64,000 nucleotides of DNA, taken from contig JBPOJN010000020.1 in assembly GCA_052033505.1 (NCBI GenBank), forward strand, positions 7,888-71,887, read 5' to 3'. The stretch's first letter is position 1. Every line of letters starts with the position of its first letter. The notes beneath the pieces were generated by a model, which was given only the letters and a program-made list of their open reading frames with translations, did no database searches and was not told the DNA's origin. The position numbers were made by a program, and so were the translations under genes. This stretch comes from Myxococcota bacterium. Lineage in GTDB: Bacteria > UBA10199 > JACPAL01 > GCA-016699445. Shown here one piece after another: positions 56,833 to 64,000 of this stretch.

Positions 56833-59028
56833 ATGCCCGAAAAGATCGAATCGGCGTCCGGATTTTTCGATCGTTATTTTCCCGAGGACGGTCCTCGCAT
56901 CGACCAAGACGTTTTCGCGGACGGCGTCCAACATTCCAAACGCGTTTCCCTGCACAAAATCGTCGACCATTACCGAAAGCTTCCGCCCTCCGAGCAGTAC
57001 GCTGTTTTCCGCCGCCTCGAAGACGGAGGCGACGCGCAGATGCTGCAGCGGCTTTCGTCTTTTCCCGATTCGTCCGATGCTGACTCCATCCTGAAACGCC
57101 TGGACGAGCGCTTGAGCCGCTTCGGCGCCGACGTGACTGCGGCCAAACGCTGGGAAGCGCGGCTCGCGGTCGAAGAAGAGCTCTTCAACCTGAACCAACT
57201 CTTCGAAAGAAAATCGAAGAACTTCTTGGCCGTCCTTCAAAAACCACACGCACCCCTGCCGCTCTCCCTTCTCATCCCGCAGAGAAAGACCGCTTACGAA
57301 GGGCTCGAGAAAATTTATTCCAAACACGGAAGCTTTCTTTGGGACACGGACCGGGACTTCGACCCGCGGGCCCCACTTCAAAAACGCGACGCGGCGTTCG
57401 ACGGACGCGACGTACTACCCTTGGACCCCGCATGCTCGTGGGACGGCGATCACGACTCCATTTGCGATGCTTATGACTCCAACGACCACAACGCGAAGGT
57501 TTGGATCGCACCCAAAGGCACTAAAAAATTCGAGTTCGTCGGCGGGAAGATCGTGCTTTCCAAAACGCTCACGGTCGCCGCTCACAAAGACGCGGATGCG
57601 AACGTCGTCAAACGCGACTTTTTCCAGCCCGCGTTTTTAGAGGCATTGCAAAAAAAGATCGGGGACGCGTTCGCACTCACACTCCCCTCCATGCCCTATG
57701 CTTTGAAGGTAAAATTCAAAGTCATCGACGACGCTGCGGCAGCCGACATCCGGTGGACCGACAAGACGGATGTACGGGATTACTCCGGCTATTGGGACCG
57801 GGACACTTTGACCGAAGCGCAAGCTCCGACGGCTTTGCATGAAGTGGGTCACTGGTTCGGATTCCGCGATTATTATTATGAAGCGTTCCTGCACGGCGGC
57901 TTACGGGACTTTCTCACGCGCCCCGGATACGGCATCATCGCCGCGCGGCACATCATGGCGAGCAAAGCCGACGGCGTTTTTTACCTCGCCGAAATCAATA
58001 ACCTCTATGCGCGTCTCGCGAACGACCGCATCGATCCTTCAAAAGTCACGCTGTCCGACGTAGATAAAAAGTCGTCCCGGCATTGGGATGCGATGCTGCT
58101 TAAACGGGGTCGCACCGCTCGGTCGGATCGCCAGTATGCGAAGGCCACTCTCCTCTTCCTCGACTTGATCTCGCGGCATGCCGACGACGCGAACCTCGCC
58201 TCCGAACTCACGAATGCTCTCGTCGCGATGGGAAAATCGCCGTGGCCTTCGAATGCAGTCACCGCAAAAGTTCTGCGCGCCTACGAAACCGCGCTCAGCC
58301 GCGATACGGGCGAGGTAGATCTTTATCTCGCTTATGCGCTTGTTTTGTTTCAATCGGGCCGTTCATTAGACGGTCTTCAGGCCTTGAAAAAATTATTTAC
58401 CGTTCATTCCCATTACCGCGACAGCGGCTCGAAGATCGAAGAGCCCGCCGATGCGCTCGTGAAGCGGCTCGCGGGCGTTTTTCAAGAAGCGGGACTTCTG
58501 ACGTGGCTTCAAGCCTTGAATATCGACACGACGCAAAGCAGCCCGGAGCAGGAAAAGTTTTTCTCAGGCTTGCAAACGGCCAAGGTGGTCGTTCCCGAGG
58601 ACGAAAAATCCCCGTGGATCCCGGAGGCGCGGTTCTCGCTCTCGTCTTATTATCGCCCCGGCGGCTTGAGGGGAAAAATCGCTGCGGAAGCCGCATGGAC
58701 GTCACCTTGGACGGGACTGAAACCTCTCGTGGGTTTCTCTTCCAGGATGGGTCCGTCGGGACGATACCTCGAAATAGAAGGCACGGCCGGACTGTCGCTG
58801 GGCATTTATCGCTCGAGGGATTTCGAAGCCGGCGCCAACGTTCAAGCCGGTTTACGTTCGACCGATTTTACGACTCCGGATGCGCTCCTCAAATGCAGCG
58901 CGTCCGTTCGTTATGATTTATCGGACCGCTGGTCCTTGGGCGCCGAAGTCTTCCTTGAAAATGCGGACTTCGAGTGGCGTCCGTCCGCTGGTTTTGAAAC
59001 CGGCCTCTCTTACCGTTGGCACGAATAA
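56833..59028 (+). CDS. Large hypothetical protein with HExxH motif (putative zinc metalloprotease-like)
   Basis: TALHEVGHWFGF motif in the central region; 731 aa; helical repeat-like C-terminal half. Confidence 0.45.
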   Translation: MPEKIESASGFFDRYFPEDGPRIDQDVFADGVQHSKRVSLHKIVDHYRKLPPSEQYAVFRRLEDGGDAQMLQRLSSFPDSSDADSILKRLDERLSRFGADVTAAKRWEARLAVEEELFNLNQLFERKSKNFLAVLQKPHAPLPLSLLIPQRKTAYEGLEKIYSKHGSFLWDTDRDFDPRAPLQKRDAAFDGRDVLPLDPACSWDGDHDSICDAYDSNDHNAKVWIAPKGTKKFEFVGGKIVLSKTLTVAAHKDADANVVKRDFFQPAFLEALQKKIGDAFALTLPSMPYALKVKFKVIDDAAAADIRWTDKTDVRDYSGYWDRDTLTEAQAPTALHEVGHWFGFRDYYYEAFLHGGLRDFLTRPGYGIIAARHIMASKADGVFYLAEINNLYARLANDRIDPSKVTLSDVDKKSSRHWDAMLLKRGRTARSDRQYAKATLLFLDLISRHADDANLASELTNALVAMGKSPWPSNAVTAKVLRAYETALSRDTGEVDLYLAYALVLFQSGRSLDGLQALKKLFTVHSHYRDSGSKIEEPADALVKRLAGVFQEAGLLTWLQALNIDTTQSSPEQEKFFSGLQTAKVVVPEDEKSPWIPEARFSLSSYYRPGGLRGKIAAEAAWTSPWTGLKPLVGFSSRMGPSGRYLEIEGTAGLSLGIYRSRDFEAGANVQAGLRSTDFTTPDALLKCSASVRYDLSDRWSLGAEVFLENADFEWRPSAGFETGLSYRWHE

Positions 59029-59119
59029 AAAAGGACAGCGGCTTGAAGATGTTTTGAAACACATCGATTGCAATCGAAAATCGTCTCCACTAAAGGCGCT
59101 TCTCAAGAAAAGGATTTTT

Positions 59120-60271
59120 ATGCTCTCTTACGACCTCCCCCAAGAACACGAAATGCTGCGCAAGACGGTGCGCGACTTCGCGGAAGCCGAGATTAAACCC
59201 GTCGCGCAAAAGTTGGACGAGAAGGAAGAATTCTCACTCGATCTCGTACGCAAGATGGGCGAGATGGGCTTCTTCGGCGTGACGGTGTCGCCGGATTACG
59301 GCGGGCAAGGACTGGATACCCTCTCCTACATCTTGATCGTCGAAGAGCTCGCACGCGTCGACGGCTGCCAGGCCGCAACGGTCGCGGCGGAGAACGGCTT
59401 AGGCATCGGCCCGATCTGGAACTTCGGCACGAAAGCTCAAAAAGACAAATACCTACCTGACCTCTGCTCCGGCAAAAAACTCTGGGGCTTCGGTTTGACC
59501 GAACCCGACGCCGGCAGCGACGCGGGAAATTCGAAAACGCGCGCCGAATTAAAAGACGGTAAGTGGGTCATCAACGGCTCGAAGATCTTTATCACAAACA
59601 GCGCTTCCCCGATCACGGCCGGCGTGACCGTCCAAGCAGTCACGGGACAAACGCCGAAGGGCGCCAAAGAAATTTCCTGCATCATCGTCGAACAAGACAC
59701 GCCGGGTTACGTCGCGAAGGAAATGCACCATAAGATGACGTGGCGCTCTTCGAACACCGGCGAGCTTTATTTCGATAACGTCACGGTCCCTGAGGAAAAC
59801 TTATTAGGTTCCAAAGGCGGCGGTTACCGCCAGATGTTGGCCACGCTCGACGGCGGCCGTCTCGCGATCGCTGCGATGGGACTAGGTGGCGCCCAAGGAG
59901 CTTATGAAGCCGCTCTGAAATACGCGGGCGAACGCAAGACCTTCGGCGTCCCTCTCTCCAAGCACCAAGTGATTTCGTTCAAGTTGGCCGACATGGCGAT
60001 GGAAATCGATCTCGCGCGCCTCTACCTTTACAAAGCCTGCTGGCTCAAAGATCAAGGCCGCCCGTTCAAAAAAGAAGCCGCGATCGCGAAACTCTACACC
60101 TCCGAAATGATGGGCCGCGTCGCCGACGCCGCTGTCCAGATCCACGGCGGCTACGGCCTTATGGAAGAATACCCCGTCGCGAAATTCTACCGCGACCAAC
60201 GCCTGCTCGAAATCGGCGAAGGTTCCTCGGAAGTACAACGCATCGTCATCGCACGCGAAATCGGCGCTTAA
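59120..60271 (+). CDS. Acyl-CoA dehydrogenase (short/branched-chain type)
   Basis: Full ACAD three-domain pattern (GFGLTEPDAGSDAG, IHGGYGLMEEYPVAKFYRDQR). Start at the internal ATG 59120 (MLSYDLPQEHEML). Confidence 0.8.
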   Translation: MLSYDLPQEHEMLRKTVRDFAEAEIKPVAQKLDEKEEFSLDLVRKMGEMGFFGVTVSPDYGGQGLDTLSYILIVEELARVDGCQAATVAAENGLGIGPIWNFGTKAQKDKYLPDLCSGKKLWGFGLTEPDAGSDAGNSKTRAELKDGKWVINGSKIFITNSASPITAGVTVQAVTGQTPKGAKEISCIIVEQDTPGYVAKEMHHKMTWRSSNTGELYFDNVTVPEENLLGSKGGGYRQMLATLDGGRLAIAAMGLGGAQGAYEAALKYAGERKTFGVPLSKHQVISFKLADMAMEIDLARLYLYKACWLKDQGRPFKKEAAIAKLYTSEMMGRVADAAVQIHGGYGLMEEYPVAKFYRDQRLLEIGEGSSEVQRIVIAREIGA

Positions 60272-60323
60272 AAACTCAATCGCCGGTTGATGATTTAAAC
60301 CCGAGCTGCTAAGGCCGTAATCG

Positions 60324-61304
60324 ATGCGTTTTCGTTTTTTACTCACTCTTTTCCTGATTTCCGCCGCCCTTCCGGCCGGGGCCGCAAGCGACAAAGACAG
60401 GATCTCCGGGCTCGAGCGCCGTATGGACGTGCTCGATCACAAGCAAGACCGCCTGCTTCAGCTCGAGGCAGGTCATTATAACGACTTAGTCCGGATCCTG
60501 CGCGATCTTAAGAAAAATTCCGAAATGGTGATGGTGCAGGCACCCGTCGTGGCGACGCCTCCGGCCGGGACCGCACCCCTGGAATCCATGCCGGCGGCCG
60601 CGCCTGCCGTCGTGTCTCCTGCCGAAGTTCCTTCTCCCGCGCCCGAAGCCACCGCTCCCACCGTTCTTGCAGCGGAAAACACGGCCACGCTTCCGGCCCC
60701 TGTGGTCACTCCCGAAACAGCGGCCACTGCCGCGACGATCGCGGCACCCGTAGTCGTGCAAGCCCCCGAAGGAATCGCCCCGGCAGCTCCGGTTGCCGAT
60801 CAAAATTCCAAAGAAATCAAATCCCGCATGAGCCGTCTCGAATCCCTGACGACGTTGTCCTTCGTCGTGACCGCGATCTCACTGGTGGCCATGGTATTGA
60901 TGTTCAAAAACTTGCGCCAAAAAGAGCAGACCCTGAAAACCGCGATTTGGCGTTCGGACATGCAAGGCTTACGCGAGGAAGTCATGCTCGGGCGTCCGCA
61001 CATCAGCGTGGAAAAAAACTTCGAACGTCTGACGTTACTCAACAAAGGCTCGATCGCCGCGAACGACGTCCAGCTGGCTTTAGGACCGGCGCCGGGCGCG
61101 ATGAAGCAAAAAGTCCGCAGCGTCCCCACGATACGCCCCGGCGAGAAAGCTGATGTGGAAATCACCGGCTATACATTCGAAGGCCAGATCTACGGCGGAC
61201 TGGAATATAAAAACGCGCAGACGGGGCGTTTGTACAAAGACCAATTTTTAATGAAAATCGATGGCGTGACCGGAGAGATCGTCCCCATCAAAGAGGCGAT
61301 CTGA
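60324..61304 (+). CDS. Secreted/membrane-anchored hypothetical protein with Ala/Pro-rich linker
   Basis: Signal peptide MRFRFLLTLFLISAALPAGAAS, low-complexity APAV region, one internal TM helix. Confidence 0.45.
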   Translation: MRFRFLLTLFLISAALPAGAASDKDRISGLERRMDVLDHKQDRLLQLEAGHYNDLVRILRDLKKNSEMVMVQAPVVATPPAGTAPLESMPAAAPAVVSPAEVPSPAPEATAPTVLAAENTATLPAPVVTPETAATAATIAAPVVVQAPEGIAPAAPVADQNSKEIKSRMSRLESLTTLSFVVTAISLVAMVLMFKNLRQKEQTLKTAIWRSDMQGLREEVMLGRPHISVEKNFERLTLLNKGSIAANDVQLALGPAPGAMKQKVRSVPTIRPGEKADVEITGYTFEGQIYGGLEYKNAQTGRLYKDQFLMKIDGVTGEIVPIKEAI

Positions 61305-61326
61305 CCTCTAAAACCGGAGCGAATTT

Positions 61327-61803
61327 ATGGATAAAAGGGAAAACATCGGAAAAGCATTGGGAAAAATCCCCTCGGGCGTCGGCATTTTGACCGCGGCCGC
61401 CGAAGGCCAGGACTCGGCCATGCTGGCGTCTTGGTTTCAGCAAGCCGGTTTCGAGCCGCCCGCGATCCTGGTCGGAGTGAATAAAAAACGCGCCATGATG
61501 GGCGCGATTCGTTCGTCAAAAAAATTCGCGCTCAACCTCCTGCACTCCCACCAAAAGGACCTTTTCTCGCATTTTGCAAAAGGCTTCGAACCCGGCCAAA
61601 ATCCCTTCGAAGGCATTGAAATTTCCCGCAAAGAAACCGAGAGCGCGATCCTAAGCCACGCGATGGCTTACCTCGACTGCGAAGTCATCGGCGAGATCGA
61701 CGCCGGCGACCACACCGTTTTCCTGGGCAAAGTCCTCGAAGGCGGCGTCCTCGAAGAAGGCCCCTCGATGGTGCACACCCGCCGCAGCGGGTTTAATTAT
61801 TGA
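61327..61803 (+). CDS. Flavin reductase-like (FMN-binding split-barrel) protein
   Basis: SGVGILTAAAEGQDSAMLASWFQQAGFEPPAILVGV matches the flavin-reductase-like domain core. Confidence 0.65.
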   Translation: MDKRENIGKALGKIPSGVGILTAAAEGQDSAMLASWFQQAGFEPPAILVGVNKKRAMMGAIRSSKKFALNLLHSHQKDLFSHFAKGFEPGQNPFEGIEISRKETESAILSHAMAYLDCEVIGEIDAGDHTVFLGKVLEGGVLEEGPSMVHTRRSGFNY

Positions 61804-61817
61804 TACGTGTTAAAAAA

Positions 61818-61843
61818 TATACATATCCGGGTTGATATGTATA
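61818..61843 (+). promoter_or_regulatory. 10-bp perfect inverted repeat (operator-like) in the AT-rich leader of the Fic gene
   Basis: TATACATATC-cgggtt-GATATGTATA, 35 nt upstream of the Fic start. Confidence 0.4.
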
Positions 61844-61878
61844 AAAAGTTTGATTTTTTATATATATGATGTAACTAT

Positions 61879-62973
61879 TTGAAATTAATGGGTTTTAAAC
61901 TTGAACTCCTACCTCCCCTCCTTGATTTAGAGACTAAAGCCATACTGAAAAAGACGGCCTCCACGCATCGTTACCTCGCGGAATTAAAGGGAATTTCTGC
62001 AAGCATCCCTAATGAAGAAATCCTAATTAATACCCTCTCTCTGCAGGAAGCCAAGGACAGCTCCGCCATTGAAAACATCATCACCACCCATGATGCGCTT
62101 TATAAAGAAGAGCTCTTTCCGGAACTCGCATTGAACGCTTCGGCAAAAGAAGTCCGTCGTTACATATCCGCTCTGAGCATCGGATTTGGATTGGTACGAA
62201 AATACGGATTCCTCACGAACCAGCACATTCTTAAAATTCAGGCGGAATTAGAAATGAACGACGCCGGTTTTCGCAAACAGGCGGGCACCGTACTGAAAAA
62301 TGAACAAACGGGAGAAATCATTTATACCCCGCCGCAGGAACCGGAAGCGATTCTCGATTTAATGAAAAATTTGGAATTTTTCATGAATGACGATTCTTTC
62401 TCAGACCTCGATCCTTTAATCAAAATGGCGGTGCTCCATTATCAATTTGAAAGCATCCATCCCTTTTATGACGGCAACGGACGAACGGGGAGGATTTTGA
62501 ATGTGCTTTATCTGGTGCAAAAAGGCCTCTTGGATATCCCCGTCCTATACATGAGTCATGCGATCATCCGGCGTAAGGACCAGTATTATAAGCTGCTTCA
62601 AAAAGTGCGGACAGATCAAGCGTGGGAAGAGTGGGTTCTTTACATGCTGGACGTCGTGGAAGAGACAGCTCAGCAAACGATCAAAACGATCGAGCTCATC
62701 AAAGAAGCGTTGCTGGATTACAAGCACCGCATTCGTGACGGGTTCAAATTTTACAGCCAAGATTTGATCAACAATCTCTTTTCGCATCCCTATACGAAAA
62801 TCGATTTCATGACGAAAGACCTGAAGGTAGTCCGTTTTACAGCGACGAAGTATTTGGAAGAACTGAGTAAAGCGGGGTTTTTGAAAAAAGAAAAAATCGG
62901 CCGGTCGAATTATTATATCAACGTGAAACTCTATGAAATCTTAAGCCAAGCGGGAAACAAGGCTAACAATTAG
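61879..62973 (+). CDS. Fic family protein (Fic_N plus Fido domain; class II autoinhibited AMPylase-type)
   Basis: Catalytic motif HPFYDGNGRTGR (HPFx[D/E]GNGR). N-terminal inhibitory SSAIEN ([S/T]xxxE[G/N]). GC ~40%. Confidence 0.8.
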   Translation: MKLMGFKLELLPPLLDLETKAILKKTASTHRYLAELKGISASIPNEEILINTLSLQEAKDSSAIENIITTHDALYKEELFPELALNASAKEVRRYISALSIGFGLVRKYGFLTNQHILKIQAELEMNDAGFRKQAGTVLKNEQTGEIIYTPPQEPEAILDLMKNLEFFMNDDSFSDLDPLIKMAVLHYQFESIHPFYDGNGRTGRILNVLYLVQKGLLDIPVLYMSHAIIRRKDQYYKLLQKVRTDQAWEEWVLYMLDVVEETAQQTIKTIELIKEALLDYKHRIRDGFKFYSQDLINNLFSHPYTKIDFMTKDLKVVRFTATKYLEELSKAGFLKKEKIGRSNYYINVKLYEILSQAGNKANN

Positions 62974-63332
62974 AATCCATCTGTCAGCAAGTCATCCCAG
63001 GCATCCACATCGAAACCGACCCAACCTGATTTTTTCGAGAGCACGAACGGGCGTTTGACGAGGTTGCCATTGGAGGCCAGGAGCTTGATCGCCTCGGACT
63101 CGCTCATGTCCGGCAATTTGTCTTTTAGGCCCAGCGCCTTGTAGTCCCCACCCGAAGTGTTGAAGAGTTTTTTGATCGAACCCATGTGCCCGACCATGCG
63201 GCGCAATTCTTCGACGGTCGGCGGCCTTTCGCGGATCGGGATTTTTTCGTACGGGATTTTCTTCGCGTCCAAATACTTCAGCGCTTTTTTGCAGGTCCCG
63301 CAGTTTTTGTATTCGTAGATTTTTAAGTTCAT
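62970..63332 (-). CDS. ArsC/Spx-family protein (YffB-like)
   Basis: MNLKIYEYKNCGTCKKALKYL N-terminal CxxC in the ArsC/Spx fold; 120 aa. Confidence 0.65.
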   Translation of the reverse strand: MNLKIYEYKNCGTCKKALKYLDAKKIPYEKIPIRERPPTVEELRRMVGHMGSIKKLFNTSGGDYKALGLKDKLPDMSESEAIKLLASNGNLVKRPFVLSKKSGWVGFDVDAWDDLLTDGF

Positions 63333-63355
63333 ACGTCTTCTTTCTTTAAATCAAT

Positions 63356-63964
63356 CTATCCCCCGATAGCCGCGGTGAAGGCTGCGGTTTTTGGGATTTG
63401 CGCGAGGAGGCCGGCGAAGAGTTCGTTCAAGACTTTTTCCAGCTGGCGCACGTCCTTGCGGCGGATGCTTTTATCATCGATTTCGTAGCCGACTTCGATG
63501 GTTTGGTCGGAGTTGGAGGCGGCTCGGCGCACCGTGAGAGCGATCTGAGCCGTGGCTGCGCCTTTTCCGGTCACGAGCTTTTTCTCCACGGCGACGTAAA
63601 ATTCTTTGATGTCCACGCCTACGAAGACGTCCGGCTTTGCGGCGCCGCCTTCGACGACTGTTAATCCGCAAGCGGTGAAGAGACGTTTCAACGCCTCCGC
63701 CGTCGCGAAGTTCAGCGCCGGAGCCGCATCCATCAGCACCGTGTTTTTACCGCCGCTTGCGTTTTGCCGGCCGACCTCACGCACGTCGCGTATGTCGCTG
63801 ACATTTAAGAATTCGACTTTCGTATCCTTCCAAATCGCGACGGGACAGGTCTTGGCGAAAAAATCATCGGGAAGTTTCAACGCGACGGAGACGCGTTCAT
63901 CCTGCGCGGAGAGTGTCGTGGCGAAAAGCAGGGAGAGGAAGACGGTCAGAATTTTAATTTTCAT
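63356..63964 (-). CDS. Secreted hypothetical protein
   Basis: Start at ATG 63964 (MKIKILTVFLSLLFATTLSAQ signal peptide). The ORF-track version extends further 5' to the window edge. Confidence 0.45.
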   Translation of the reverse strand: MKIKILTVFLSLLFATTLSAQDERVSVALKLPDDFFAKTCPVAIWKDTKVEFLNVSDIRDVREVGRQNASGGKNTVLMDAAPALNFATAEALKRLFTACGLTVVEGGAAKPDVFVGVDIKEFYVAVEKKLVTGKGAATAQIALTVRRAASNSDQTIEVGYEIDDKSIRRKDVRQLEKVLNELFAGLLAQIPKTAAFTAAIGG

Positions 63965-64000
63965 AAATACGGTACTAAAATCCAACGAGCGCAAGGGCAA

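Noticed and set aside
1-64000. CRISPR arrays, rRNA or tRNA genes
   Set aside because: No regularly spaced direct repeats, no rRNA-like conserved stretches and no tRNA-like structures were seen on either strand.

Overview
High-GC (~60%) bacterial chromosomal segment with dense bidirectional coding. It is probably from a Gram-negative organism rich in lipoproteins and PilZ proteins, but the sequence does not identify the taxon. Housekeeping genes recognised from their translations are purC, infA, rsmE, mgtE, phrB, pbpC with an alpha-2-macroglobulin gene, a YyaL thioredoxin-domain protein, a VKOR-DsbA fusion, a DTW-domain tRNA-modifying enzyme, methylmalonyl-CoA epimerase, two acyl-CoA dehydrogenases, an enoyl-CoA hydratase, a MaoC double-hotdog hydratase and a CitE/HpcH-type lyase. 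Accessory content is interspersed: BrnT/BrnA and Phd/ParE toxin-antitoxin pairs, each with a palindromic operator; a low-GC 819-aa orphan gene beside a frameshifted zinc-ribbon/HTH IS-like remnant; a low-GC DUF559 endonuclease gene bracketed by perfect 37-bp palindrome-bearing direct repeats; a minimal nucleotidyltransferase with an overlapping small partner gene; and an AT-rich islet carrying a Fic gene. The most interesting non-coding element is a clear cobalamin riboswitch at ~38.27-38.43 kb (GGUG..AAUCC, CCCGCCACUGU, GGGAAGGC and B12-box AGCCAGGAAACCUGC motifs) directly upstream of an operon of three secreted lipoproteins (YVTN-type beta-propeller, Big_2-like, Tat-exported beta-propeller) with no canonical BtuB/BtuFCD genes. 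This is a candidate undescribed corrinoid-capture system. A BrnA antitoxin gene with no canonical start codon is absent from the ORF track. No rRNA, tRNA or CRISPR array was found.
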